This document shows, piece after piece, positions 13,954-27,313 of a stretch of DNA of 64,000 nt. The translations under genes and the position numbers were made by a program. The notes beneath the pieces were generated by a model, which was given only the letters and a program-made list of their open reading frames with translations, did not search any database and was not told the origin of the DNA. This stretch comes from Albugo candida (taxonomy: Eukaryota). The DNA is taken from positions 310,001 to 374,000 of the forward strand of contig JBDOQK010000010.1 in assembly GCA_040437565.1 (NCBI GenBank), read 5' to 3'. Each line of letters starts with the position of its first letter. Position 1 is the first letter of the stretch.

Positions 13954-15066
13954 ATTCAATGAAGAAATCTGAAGACGTTAGTGCATTGCACCCGGTCTTT
14001 CTTGAAATGTTTCTTATTTTCTATCTTTCTAGATCAAAATGGACTTCAAAATGATGTCACCTTTCAAACCGTTACATCAGTAATTCCTTGTCACAGGGGA
14101 CTACCCCTAAGAGCTCATGTCGATATAAAATGTTTATGAGGCACTATTCGACATAGCATACATACTTGCAATATCTTCTATCCTTCTTTATAACATAACA
14201 TCTTGCGCAAATATGCAAAGCTAGCATCCACCTCGGTCTACCTGGCAAGAATATTGAGCTTTTTTACGACAGCTATACGGATACTCTCAGGCTGTCGAAT
14301 CTACGAAATAAGAGGCAATATTTGTGCGGGGACGACTAGGGACTGCTTCACATCCGGCAAAGCTGTCATTAATGTACTTCTCAAAAACGAAAAAATGCTG
14401 CTTCAACTTAATGAATCATATTGAAGGCGAGAGTCGCCGTTATGTTTAGTCAAAATACGCTGCTTTGCATGAGCTTCCTTCTCAGTATCACAATAGCACA
14501 GAATGGAATATTATTAGTCACCGTAATAACCAACGAAGATCACTCAGAAAAGTAATCTTCCCGTGTAGGTGTCTGGTCTGTTGCCAGTAGTTCAGCAGCG
14601 ACGTGCTTATCTATTCCATGTCCCAGACTTATACAGATCAGCTAATTTTAGTTTATTTTCCAATCTTATACAACCGGATTTGTGTCATGTTCAATAATTA
14701 TGTCTTGTTTTAACTCTTCCATAACTGGATACGCTCGAATCTTTTTCTTATAATAATTCCACATCGATTTGCCGCTGCCAAGCGTTCTATGTGACTATGA
14801 GGCAACATCATTGTGGCGTTTTCTTGATCAAGAGAGCATCTGACAACGTTTACCATATGGACTAGACCGTTCCATGGTAAAAGCCTCAGACCACTGTACA
14901 ACCCACTGGAGGTCGAATGAGGTGGTCAAGCACCTGTGGTGTAATATGTCCAAATATGGCTCACTACCATCTGTCCCTCTCATCTTTTTTTTGGAATGCT
15001 TCGGAAAGGCATACTGTAAGAGTATTGTAGCTGATCTAGGCAACCCCCACACACTGATCGCATGTC

Positions 15067-16117
15067 ACGATGCACGTGGACATACCAGCAGTGAATATTC
15101 GACAGTGGCAATCAATGTTAAATCGATTCATGCTTGGTCGGAAACACAAAAAATATTCAAAACATGTTCACCTACTCAGCAAAGACTTTTATATCTTCGC
15201 CGGCAAGATGGTGGACTACANNNNNNNNNNNNNNNNNNNNNNNNNNNNNNNNNNNNNNNNNNNNNNNNNNNNNNNNNNNNNNNNNNNNNNNNNNNNNNNN
15301 NNNNNNNNNNNNNNNNNNNNTTGTGCACGCAGCCTTCGTGTGGGGTAGTGGAATCCGATCAACATCTCTTTCTAGAGTGCGATTACACGGCACAGTTATG
15401 GAGGGAGTTACTCCCTAGTTGGGATCAGTTTTTCTCCTCTCGACCTAGTTGGACGCATATTGCATGTGCAATTGTACCAACACTACGGTCGGATTGGAAA
15501 GACTCTCTAGACATTATATCGGATTTATGGCTTGCATTGCAATCGGTGACACTGCACTTCGTCTGGACAGATCGAATCGTCGTTTGTTCGATCAGCGATC
15601 AGCAACTACGACAGTTCCAGCACTTTCCGTGATCTACACCACGTTTAGTGGGCACGTTCGGTACTTTCGAAGATAGTGTTACGATCCAGCCGAACGCGTT
15701 CGGCTTGCTAAAGTTTTGGAGCAACTCGCAACGTAAGAATCATTCGGTGATTTTTCAGAAGTCGAAGATCATTGCTGCGGGTCCGGCATAGGCGAGTGGA
15801 AAGGAAAGTGCAACTCGGATCCTAGTCCTAGTTGGCTGGTTATGCTCACCGTAGTGTGGCGCACACCAATTTGCAAACCACGGTACTTTTGGACCATTTT
15901 TACAACTTTACAACTTCAAAGCATTTACACGCTGGACAGAGTCTCGTATTAAGGGTGCTGAGGCTCCTGCGATATGGGATTATCAACGAGAAGACATATT
16001 ATCATCTCTCACAGGTATTTCATGAAACGTTTTTGATTTGTATATATGTTATTTAAGATAGCCTAAGCAACTTGAGAAGTCAGTTAGTCTAATTCTAGTA
16101 ATATAGACACCCTCAAC
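15067..16117 (+). mobile_element. 5'-truncated L1/Tx1-like non-LTR retrotransposon, copy 2 (spans a gap)
   Basis: CTQPSCGVVESDQHLFLEC zinc-binding motif, near-identical to copy 1. TSD TGATCGCATGTC at 15055-15066 and 16118-16129. Ends ...CACCCTCAAC. Confidence 0.92.
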
Positions 16118-16270
16118 TGATCGCATGTCTTCTCATCGATGTTGGACATTTCCTGAATAGAAAATCGCACGAATGCAGCGAATTTTGTGAAATCGGTCTA
16201 TGAAGGCTAGAAAGCAGCTGTAGCATCAAAATCCGCTTACAAATGAGTGTATAATGTAAATAATACATGA

Positions 16271-16577
16271 TGTTGTGATGTCGTCTATGGGTATGTCGTT
16301 TCTACACAGACAGGAATACGCTGCTGGGTCATATCATAGAGATCAGATTGTCAGGACGTCTGGTACGCGCGACACGACAGAGCACGTACCCGGATGTGTT
16401 GCACAACTAAATGCATATCGAAAAGGCCATGACGTCACAGTCTGACGTCATGAGATGACGGCACTACGAAGCTCTAGAATTTATATAATGACAGACTTAG
16501 AGGTAGCACAGTGTAGCGAGCTAAAGACCTAGATCTTATCAGTTGAAAGTTTACCAAGTGAAGCTCAAGTCTCCACA
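16271..16577 (+). repeat. 5' LTR of the Gypsy element
   Basis: Starts TGT (16271 or 16274), contains TATATAA, ends CCACA just before the PBS. No partner LTR in the window. Confidence 0.6.
16428..16452. promoter_or_regulatory. Paired CRE-like TGACGTCA palindromes in the Gypsy LTR
   Basis: CATGACGTCA-CAGTC-TGACGTCATG, about 30 bp upstream of TATATAA. Confidence 0.5.
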
Positions 16578-19500
16578 CCTGGTAGCACTTTTTGTTCCTC
16601 ACAACAACGCCGTCTTTAGCACCGCCATCTCCGCCGTGCTCGCCGTCCATGTCGCTTCACCGTCGCCGCTTAAGAGCATTGATTAGAAGAGCCATTCGTA
16701 AATCTCAATCTTTTGAGGGAGAACTCTTTTTCATCGGCTGTAAATCTTACCGGGCCATCAGCACTGCCACCGTTATCGAAACCGAAGTCTTAATTGGCTA
16801 TAAATCGTCTCGTTTCGGTTAGAACCCAGTTGGTTAACGGAAGTTCAGTAATTCGGTTCATGACCCGGCACCGGCGTAAGCAACCCACGAAACTAGACAT
16901 TAAAGACTCCCTGGTTCAGCTGTCCGTAATGAAACCGAAAGCAGCCGATAAGTGCCGCGCGGATCTACTGAAATCGATCGGTTGGACCAGCCGCATTCTT
17001 TGCTGCTTCGAGAAACACCTAGAAACGTTTCTGCACTCCGAGTCGCGTAAAAACATCAAGTCTCGCCTACTCGCGCACGCCAGCGACTTGCTAGGCTTCT
17101 AGAGAACTGTAAACCTGCGCATCTCACACGAGATCGCAAAAAACAAGAGCGAAATCGTCCGAGTCCCTTATTCTGGACCATCAGGGTACAAAGTCGTACC
17201 CGTACACCAACAATCGCCCACCAAGGCAAAATATTTTCGAAAGCCGGACCAAAGTTTGTCAAGAGAAGCACCCAAGAGAGAAAAAAAGGACCACAGATCA
17301 ACCACCAACATCTAACTAATAATAAACATCAAGTAATAATTGTATTGATTCAATAATGTTTATCCCGATGACCACAGATCAGCATGCACAGTTGCTGTAC
17401 TCTGTGGTGGCAATTATGGAAAAGCAATCGCAGTTAATCGTGAAATATCAAAAGTCGAAACAACTGTCGGAGATTAAGCTTGAAGATGTGACGTATGAGG
17501 GGGATTGGACGAATCATTTCAACTCTGCAAGGAGCAACTAGAGCAGTACTTCTTTGCAGGAGGAGTGAACTGGAAGAGCCAGGAACCTTGTCAAAGGATA
17601 CTCGCTGTCTTAGGTGGGACACTGAAGCAAGTAGCCGCTCAGTGTTATGTGATGCAAAAACTATATGTCACAAACGAGGACGACTTCTTCAGCAAAGTCG
17701 AACGTGAATCCGTTCCTGCTGATTTGAAAGAGCGTTTGCGCGAAAATAGGAACAGTATGAGAGAGCGCGATTGCAAAGATCTCCCGGATTATGTGGGCGA
17801 GTTTCGTCATAAGTGACTCAATGAAAGCATGTGGCCCATAAGAGATACCCTATTAATATGATCTCTACTAATGAGTGAGCTAGACCAAATCATGTACTTC
17901 CTACAAGGACTTACAAGTCATATGCGGGAAGAGGTGCAGTACCGTCGCTGTACAACACTTTCCGTAGCTATTACTATTTCGTTATCTTGGATCGCTCTCA
18001 TCCACCGAGATATTCCCAAGGAAACGCACTCGATATACCGAGGTATAAATTGAAAATAGTCGTCGATATCGATCGAGCAATGGTCCAGAGCCATTGAACA
18101 TTAGCAACGTGAAGCTTACGTCTCATGACGAATGTCACCGCCGAAATTTGTGCTTCAAGTGCGGTAGTCCGAATCACCTCTCCGCAAAGTGTAATCATCG
18201 CCGAACAAGTACTGAAAGAGCAAACAATTGTTCAATTCGGAACCATCAACAGCATGTAAATTGTCAGCATGTCAATAATGTGGACAACTGCGGGGACGAG
18301 AAAGAAACAATTGTTTACGACCGTATCACGATCAATGTAGTGGAAGTTCGAAGTATTCATCAGTAGAGCCTATCTACTTAGAATCAAGCAGCTATGGGTC
18401 GGACATGCCAGCTCAGAGTTGACTACTATGCGGAATGGTGTCATTAGATAAATCGGTCAAGATTTTGATCGATTATGATTCGTCAACAAACATGATCAAA
18501 CCCGGTCAGGCATCAAAAGTGCTGAGCTCATAGAAGGTACAAGCGCATCGTTCCGATGGAACGTGGACATCGAGCCAGACACGCGAGAGTGAAAGATGCA
18601 GCTCATGTAATGGGACTTACCGGATACACACGACTTGATATTTGGTCAAGCATGGTTCACCAAGTATAACCCAAAGATTGATTGGCGTACGCAGCAGATT
18701 GAAATTGCAGCCCGCACGAAGCTATAAGACGTAGATGGTCCTACCTTCCAAGAGAAGATGGAAAGTGGATCTATGAGGAGATACATCAATTATGTATCAA
18801 TTGAAAGTTACCTACGTAGAACATTCAGAAATACCGCAAGAGTTGAAACCAATTCTGGAGGAGTACAAGGACGTATTTCCAGAACAACTCCTGAATGAAA
18901 TGCCTCCAAGGCGATCAGTTAACTTTGAGTTGCAAATGAAGCCTGACGCGGTGCCAAGCTCCTGTGCTACCTTCCGTCTTTTGAAGATTTAGAAGGACGT
19001 ATAGCAGCAGCTCGTTGGAGAGAATATACGGAGAGTATGGATTGAAGTATCAAACTCTCCATGGGTCTCAAAAATTATTGGAATTCCAAAGAAAGATTCC
19101 ACGACCGGAAAGTTCGCAAAACATGCTGATTGGCTCCGAAGCGGAAATTCGAAGATCCCCATTCGATGGTGGTTGACCACCGCAGTGGTAATAGCATGTC
19201 AGTTGTGGCAAAAATCCGTTTGCCATTGATCGAAGATCTATTCGACCGCATGGTTGGATGCAAGTAATTTACGCTTCTCGATCTTGCACAAGGGTATCAT
19301 CAAATGTTAGTTTTATCATCAGGTCGACCCTATACGGCTTTCACAACTAAAAAAAATAACCCATCAATGGTGTGTAGCATCCATGCGTTTATCAGGAATT
19401 CCTGGAGTCTGGTCACGTTTTATGCGAACGCTGTTGGATAAGCTCGCAAAGTTTGTTGTCGTGTTTCTCGACGATATATGCATCTCCTCCCGTATAATAG

Positions 19501-20206
19501 AGGTCCACGTCAGCCACGTTCACGCCGTATGCGAAGTTTGAGCAAGGAGAAGCTTTACGCTCGACTCTCCAAATGTGTATTTGGTCGTAAGGAAATCACA
19601 TTCTTAGAGCCTATGGTTTTTAAAGAATCTCTACGAGTCGACCAAAGAAAACCGACACAATCGCAACGTTCCAAGCGTCGACATGTCGCAAGGAGTTGTT
19701 GAGTTTTCTGGGACTAACTGGATATTACCGTCGATTCATCTGCAATTTTGCACGTATATCGCGTCCTCTTCGAGATCTCACCAAGCAAGATACTCAATAG
19801 AGCTGGGGCATGATCAGAAAAAAGCGTTTTACGCATTAAAACTCGCACTTCAGCAGTCACCGATTCTGAAGTTGCCGGACCTTATTCACCCTTTCATCGT
19901 AACAATGGATGCTTCCGGATTCTTCATGAGTAGTGTTCTTTCGCAACGTATCGACGACAACGACCAAGCCATTGCATTTTTTTCGAACCATCTGGGTTCT
20001 AATGAATTAATATGGCCATCTCATAAAAAAAAGAGCTGTTAGCCATTCGTACTGCTCTAGCAAAATGGCGTCTGTATCTCCATGGAAGACCCTTTTCAGT
20101 CTATACCGACAATGCAGCGTGAAAGTGGACGCTCCACCATCCAAAGGTGTCTCCTGAGATGGCACGAATGCTGCCGTTCTTTTCCCAGTTCAACTTTGTA
20201 TTACAT

Positions 20207-22775
20207 CGTCGTGGAGGACGCGTTATCTATCTAAACTGTATTATCTTGAAGAAATGATGACGAAGCCATATGGAAATGGGTGGACTACATAACAGTGCTG
20301 TATTGAAGCGAGGCGTTTCGTATAAGAATAATAATAAATCAATATACCACTTTTCCTTTGGAAACTAAAGACCGTGTTCTATTTTGTGTTTGTCGTAACA
20401 GTACCAGGGTTTCACAGGTTATAAGCCCAATGGAGGACTTTGTTCATGGATATGAGGTTGACGATTATAATGCCTCCTCACCTGTGACTACTCCTGGCCA
20501 CGAGGATTCCAGAAAAGTAGATGTACTAAAAGAATAATACATGGCGGTTGGTGTTGGCGTACACAAGCAAGAGAGGAATAGGGGTGATAAAGAAGACAAA
20601 GACGAATTGTTGCAGCTCATGCGTGGGCTGGTTGGTCGTTTGGATCGTCTAGAAGAATCGCAGTCTGAGCTCCGAAGAGATGTAGTAATGGATGGTAGGG
20701 CAAGGAGAATATCAGAAGAACAATCCGTGATCCCGGAAAGGAATCCGAATTTTTTTGGATCGGCACTGGGTCGTGGTCCACGGATGCACCTGGATTCACT
20801 AACAGACATTCCCGAAAGGAACGTGGAGAAAAGAGTACATCGATATGTACATCCACAATTCGTTAACGAGCATCAGCCTGAATATGGTGTACGCGACTAC
20901 GATCGCCAAATGTTCAATGTCGATGGAGCTGATGGAGTGCCGGACATCCGGAGTAACCAAGGCAACGGTTGTGCAGCTGGGTTCGGATATCCTGATGCGC
21001 GACAAAAAGACTTGAAGATTAAATCATTCGACGTAAAGGAATTGTATCAAGGTCTGGGATCTGGATTTCTAGAATGGGAAAGAAGATTTGAGAGACAAAT
21101 CGTTATGGCTCAACATACGTGTGGATTTTCGTGGCCTGAAGATGTCAAGGTTGATCTATTTGGCCATCACCTTGAAGGTATAGCCGAAAAATATTTCAAC
21201 AAACAGATTGAAGCCTGGTGGAGCCAAGTACCGACACTCCAATATGGATGGAAAAGATTTACAAGATTTTATACCCACAATTACGCCGGCTCAAGCAATG
21301 GAGTTGTTTACTCGTCCTGAAGATGCGAGAAGGTCATGGAGGGACCACCAAATGTACTTGAACGTAGTGGGTGAGGCATCGGGTGGCGGGTCGGACTACC
21401 TCGCTTTAAATAATATCGTGCAATATGCTTCTCAGTATATGCGAATCGTTTTAATGGCTAGGGTGGATGATGACTACCTTCAGCCCAAGCGTGGGTGTTG
21501 TGCGCATCAAATAAATGAATTGGAAGTTGTTAGCGCAATCCAAGACCGCCAGTTTCAAGATACGAGACGAAGTCATATGTGCGGAGAAATGGGTCGATTC
21601 AGGGCTTAATGTCCAAAAGCGTATCAACGAGAAAAGGATGAAGCGGACCTCACTCTGGCTATTCCGAACGTACTGAGCTGAGCAAATCTGGATTTTGGGC
21701 ATTGTTTCTAGTTGCCACCTAGTTGAAGATAAAACATGGCTAGACGACTTGGAAGATGCTGACGGCAATTGCGTTCAGCCAGATGGAAATCCTTTACAAA
21801 TCAGCAAAAGAGGATATGTTATGCTGGCTGTGATGGCATTGGGTGAACAGAAAATAATGAAGCTCACGGACTTTTATTACGGCAAAGGCTTAACGCACAA
21901 TCTTATCTCGTATGGAATTTTAGACGAGAAAGGGTACTCGTCAAAGAAACATTCAGGAAATCGTTTCTTCGCAAGCAATGATGGCAAAAATGTTGCTTTT
22001 GATGTCGATCTGATGAGAAAGGTACTGGTAATGAAGGCCAAAATTCACCGAAGGTTTCCCAAGTTGGTGACGTCATTTAGGCGGCCGTTGATGAAAATTT
22101 CGAATATCCAAATGACTTTTCAAGTGCACTTAAAAAGGGATCACTACTAATGGAGTTTCACAAAAGATTGGGACACTTAAATTACGATTCTGTCGAACGA
22201 TTAGCCGAGGACTCTGCGTCTGTAATCATGCTCACGAATCACAGGCGTGGAAACATTTTGACCTGTGCTCAAAGAAAGCAGAGCAGAAATCGACAGGCCA
22301 AGGTTGATTCGGGTGAGCACTCTCCAATCGAACGCATTGATGGAGTTGTTTGCTCTGACTTCAAAGGTTCACTTACGCCGAGAGATCGACTTGGAAACCG
22401 GTACATGGTAAATTTTGTGGATTACAAAAGTAATTACGTCCAGGTTTTCTTAGCCAAGACAAAAGATGCTGCTGCGAAAAAAATTGAGACTCTTTTGGTT
22501 TATTTTGAGAAACGATTCGATTGCAAAATTCATGTTTCACGAACCGAATCGGGTGGAGAATATGAGAAGGTTGGTTTTTCTGCAGGAAAACCGGTGTGAC
22601 CAGGCAACGCAGTGAGGCGAGGAATCAGGCAAGCGACGGAAACTCTGCAAGGATGCATCGAACCATTATGAATATGGCTAGGTGCATTATTTTTGCTTGT
22701 GGATTGCCATTTCAACTTTGGAAAGACACAATTCAATATGCGGCATACATTATAAACCGCTCACCCACAAAGCAG
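20207..22775 (+). mobile_element. Copia LTR retrotransposon 2, 5' half, nested in the Gypsy RNase H
   Basis: LTR about 20207-20416 ending TTCACA, PBS GGTTATAAGCCC. gag 20541-21320 (ELYQGLGSGFLEW), protease (NLISYG), integrase (HKRLGHLNY, VCSDFKG, RTESGGEY, RMHRTIMNMAR). Frameshifted and lost near the gap at 22817. Confidence 0.9.
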
Positions 22776-23168
22776 TTTCTCCATTACAATTTCCGGCGAA
22801 TGCCATACCTACAATCNNNNNNNNNNNNNNNNNNNNNNNNNNNNNNNNNNNNNNNNNNNNNNNNNNNNNNNNNNNNNNNNNNNNNNNNNNNNNNNNNNNN
22901 NNNNNNNNNNNNNNNNTGTATGTATATATGTCTTTCAAACTATAGACTAGAGAATTCGATAAATCTATTCTACACTCGAGGCGCAAGACAAGAGATGCTA
23001 CCACAGCACCTGAGTTTATAGCGCAATGGATATCTATTTGATGCCGCACGCTTATGCCGCGTGCTTCTCTGTACATTAGGTTTACTTGCATACCATGATG
23101 TTATCCAGACTATATTCACATTTACAGATTACCAGATTCTGTTTGTTTACTTTTGCACCCGCACCTAT

Positions 23169-25668
23169 TTAATTCATCGTCGAATAAATCAGATCGCCAT
23201 CAATACCACTTTCCTGCTCACCATCGTCATAATCCACGTCGTAAGTACCATTTAAACGGCATCGACTAATAACACCAGGATAATACGTTGCTTTTCCTCG
23301 ATAACGAGCTTCAATCTTGTCCCCAACCTTCAATTTCTTCTTGACTTCAACGTTTTTGGAACGAGGAAGCTCATCACTACCATTAGCAGTCTTCAAGCTT
23401 GTAACACAACGACGAATGAGATCTGTCGATATACCTGTCTCTTTTTCGCCATCGTCATATTCAATGTCATAGGTTCCATTTAGTCNNNNNNNNNNNNNNN
23501 NNNNNNNNNNNNNNNNNNNNNNNNNNNNNNNNNNNNNNNNNNNNNNNNNNNNNNNNNNNNNNNNNNNNNNNNNNNNNNNNNNNNNTTTTCGGAGCAGCTT
23601 CTTTCAGACGAATCAGATCAGCTGTCACACCGGTTTCCTTCTCACCGTCGTCATAATCCACATCGTAGGTACCATTCAGACGACACCTATTAATAACACC
23701 AGGATAATACCTCGATCGACCTTTGTATTTTGCCTCCACTTTATCACCTGTGTTGAGTAATTCGGTCGCATTAAGTGTCAATGCTTTCTCGTCGTTTTTT
23801 TGTCGGTCTCTATCAAATGTATGCGAATCATTGGCTACAATTTTAGCGCTTTCGTAAGTCAGATCTCTTGCTGCACCATATTCGTTCTCTTTATCATCGT
23901 ATCTCGAGCTGTATAAACTATCTTTTTTTGTTATGCCATAGTGTAAGTTCTCGTCAAAGTGACGGGCTGGCCGGCGGAGGAAACTAGGTGCCATGCATGA
24001 TGCCAAAATACCCGATTTGAACCGTACAGTATAAGTGCCATTTAGATGTACACTCTCTATCACACCCCATTCAGGAAAGTTACAACCGGGAGCACAAGCT
24101 TCAATCTCTTCACCACAGTCGTAGCGATGTAATGCGTCATAGTTACTTTTCGTTCTATTATACGCATCCATGTCTTGATCGTAAGATCGTCCTTTTGAAT
24201 GATCAGAGCTGCATACTGGATTATCGTAAGATTGATTAGCTATCCTGCACTCCCCAAAAGCGTGATCATCATTAGAGTAAAATGATCGAGGTCTTATGTG
24301 TCGTTCTTTCGCTGCTTTTCCTCCAACGTATGGATTCGGTAGTTGGAACCCACACATTTCACATTCCTCCACGTCGTAACTATTGACAAAGTCGCAGCGT
24401 CTACAGCAAAGATATTGTGACCCATCTGGAAAACGACCACCACCCGGAACAGGTTTCAATCTCGATGTATCACAAACCTCACAATGTTTCACCCATTCTT
24501 CGACTTGTTGGTGCCTGCACACACGACAAACCCATCCACGAAAGACTGTAGCCGGGATAAAAGAGTGCTTTCGGTAATTCTCGAATTTGCACATTGGTAG
24601 GTCGTGTTTCTCTCTGATGGAATGACCAATTTGTGGTTCTTTATTACTGTCTTGCGATATATTAGATCTTCTTTGTTGATATACGTTCAAATTTTTGTGC
24701 GGATCATAGCCGTTACTCTCTGCGCTTCCCCTGATGCCAAAGAGATTCAAAAATTTGGTGTAGGATATCATTGTTTTGTCGAACGGATGAATTGCCAGTG
24801 AGATAACAAGAAAGTGAAGAGTCGACTCAGATATTACCATTTTCATCATCGAGAAAACGAGGGAGAAGAACAATTTATACCTTATAAATCCAGTATCAGT
24901 CTCATCATAGCTCTGAAAGATTGTGTATAGATCAACCCCCGAAGCCAAAAGCCCACGTTGCTCTTTACGTACTTGATGCCGGATACAATCGCTAAAATAG
25001 AAAGAGAAGAATCAGTTAAAATATAAAACACATAAAACAAGACTTTAGTTTTACAATTCATAGTCGTCAAGAGCCATGTATCGTGAAAGTGCCACATAAT
25101 CTACATGATTGGGTCGTACACAAAAATGCGTCGTGATGATCTTGGATTGTGAAGTGCTCAAAACAACGCCGATATCGGACAAAGTCATGTGAAAGTGCTG
25201 GATAGAGATTGTTCCATGATGCAATGGGTCATGTGCCGCAAACAAGTGAAGTGGACTGATTAATGAGCGAACAGAATAAAAAGCATCTCGAAGTTCTAAT
25301 TTGAAATTATTCGGTAGACGGATGCTATGCTCTTGTCCTGTGAGAACTCCTGGCTCATGCTTTGGAGTCAATTCGTCATTCAAATGATTTGAACGGCTTG
25401 GCGATTTCGCTCCCGTAATAGTCGTGGGACCGATTGGTACCTGGCAATTTACCGGACTGAGAATAGATATTTGTGGTGAGCAACCGGAATCCTGATCAGC
25501 ATTATTGAAGCTGTCCCCTCTTATCGATGAGAAATTAGTCGATGAAATATTACGTTCATGTTGATAGGAATGCGTGATCCCTTGCCAGTATTCCGGATCT
25601 AAGGGTGTCGGGCATATAGTCCTTGCTTTGAGTTTCTCATCGCTAAAGAAGCTCCCTGCAGCGCTCAT
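23169..25668 (-). CDS. Host protein with EF-hand-like motifs, two RanBP2-like C4 zinc fingers and at least four Tudor/Agenet-like repeats (one intron, one internal gap)
   Basis: Exon 25668-25055, a 63-nt GT-AG intron 25054-24992 joining in frame (DYE-F-DCIRHQ...ASGVD), then an exon running to the gap and on to TAA at 23169. Motifs YDETDTGFI, WVCRVC..CEVC, CRRCDFVN..CEMC and repeated GDKVEAxYxG..YYPGVIxRCRLNGTYDVDYDDGE. An upstream exon is possible. Confidence 0.85.
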
Positions 25669-25979
25669 CACGAATTTATAGTGAGATGATAAAAAGTAGC
25701 ATTGTCGGATCTAGAGTCGCTATATTTTTAGCATGACTAAGCTAAACGACAGCTATTATATAGTCGATATACTGCGCACGCAATTTATATCTTCGAAGAC
25801 CTCATTGTGTGAAATTTAGCTTTATCGTCTCTGAGAGATGTAATACCACATAGGGTTTACACAAAATTATGGAGATATTTTGGGAAGGTCTCTTCATGCG
25901 GTATAGAAGAAGCACTAAGCAACATCTTATAGAGTATTTACAGGTGATTATAATTTTATTTTATAGGCATCTGAGTCTC

Positions 25980-27313
25980 ATGAGAACGATTAAATTGTTG
26001 CTGTGGTGTTGGCTTACTAGCACGCTGGGTGAATCCTCTGACGGAAAGACTTTCAGCAAATATAATACGCCTGTGACATTCTTGGCATTATGAGTAGGCA
26101 CACAGGACCATCAAACGAAACGCTTCTGATCTAGAAAACTCTAGCGATGGTAAGTTCCGAGAAATCCTACTTTTCTTCGTAGACGGGGAATTCCATTTCA
26201 TCGTATAAGTATCTCGAGCGTTACCGTCAATGCGCGTTTCATTATTAGTCGGGGTCGATATCAAGCGTCATTTTTAGAGGCGAAGCGGTGAGTATGTCAA
26301 ATTTCCTAATGCTCTGTTTACCGTAAATCAAAATACCGCCACGCAAATTAGTGGTAGTTTGTTTTCCATCACAACACTAGGCTTATATAATTGAAGGCGT
26401 ACCCTGTTGTTTAGAATACCTCTATCAGATCTTGGTTGGATACTACGTTCGTACCAGGGCGCAGTCAAGGATAGATAGTTTTTGGTTCCTCATTCGTGCT
26501 CTGATAATATAGCTACATCGTGTCCTTTTTTATGATCAGCGCCAGATGAAGCTTCGATAATGATACAATATGTGAATAGTACAATGTGCGTTCAGAGTAT
26601 CGATTGATTCTGAATATGCATCCACCACCTTTAAAGGCAAACAAAAGTAATCTCTCTCACACAACATTGAATTGGAGTTAACGACGCTGGCATTTTTAAT
26701 AAGACGCAATGTCAAACAAAAAAAGGTACTATTTTATATTTCCCTGCACAAGAAGTTTGATGTCTTTCGATGTATTATTTTGTGCCCAATCGCTCATACG
26801 TCGGATTTCCAATCCGCTCTTAGGAGAGATTCAGTGAGGAAAAGACAAATTGGACCTACAACCGAGAAGTTATTTAACGGCTAAGTCCTCTTTGAGCCTT
26901 CATGAGCGGCCGTGTAAAAACGATGGCAATCTACACAGAAGAAACGAACGCATTCCCTTAAACATCTCAGCGCTCATGTTCTACACATTGGCTCCCGAAC
27001 TTGGTAGATATTCTGCAAAGATAATGATATTGGTTTGATGCCTCGGCGAAAAATACATATTACATTTTTGAATATGAGCCTTCTGCCATCGGGTATTATG
27101 CATACTTCTTCAATCAACGGAAAGATCGCATTGAAAGACATCTAGCGGCATCAAGTACGTCTAGGATCAAAACGATGCCAAACAAGATAAAAAGACGTCG
27201 CCAATCCATACTTTGTTGTGGCAGTGCTTTAGTAATACAGACAATAAAATGCATAGGAAATGAAAAAAAGCTGCAAGAGAAGTCGGACAAAATTACGACT
27301 ATGAATAAACGGG
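25980..27313 (+). pseudogene. Possible secreted-protein pseudogene truncated by the MULE cluster
   Basis: ATG 25980 begins the signal-peptide-like MRTIKLLLWCWLTSTLG, with a stop at 26091. Later Cys-containing fragments (FRCIILCP, ILCCG..IKCI). Confidence 0.35.

Larger units (their letters stand above)
6720..16226 (-). pseudogene. CCG-like secreted effector pseudogene interrupted by two LINEs and one Copia (pieces about 16226-16130, 15066-13954, 8468-8046, 6871-6720)
   Basis: ATG at 16226 downstream of Inr-like ACTCATTT, then a frameshifted hydrophobic leader. Removing LINE copy 2 restores FVRFSIQEMSNIDEKT-CDQCVWGLPR-SATILLQY. Further Cys-rich frames lie at 14710-15052. Extension below 13954 is inferred from TSD continuity only. 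Confidence 0.6.
16271..20206 (+). mobile_element. Gypsy/Ty3 LTR retrotransposon, degenerate, cut before integrase by Copia 2
   Basis: LTR-like segment and PBS TGGTAGCA (16580-16587). gag (DQIMYFLQGL) with zinc knuckle CFKCGSPNHLSAKC, protease (VKILID), RT (LDLAQGYHQ, VFLDDI) and RNase H (FIVTMDASG, VYTDNAA) occur in Gypsy order. Confidence 0.9.

Noticed and set aside
14874-15632. 252-aa ORF as a gene
   Set aside because: Chimeric frame running from the antisense of a pseudogene across the TSD into LINE copy 2 and through a gap.
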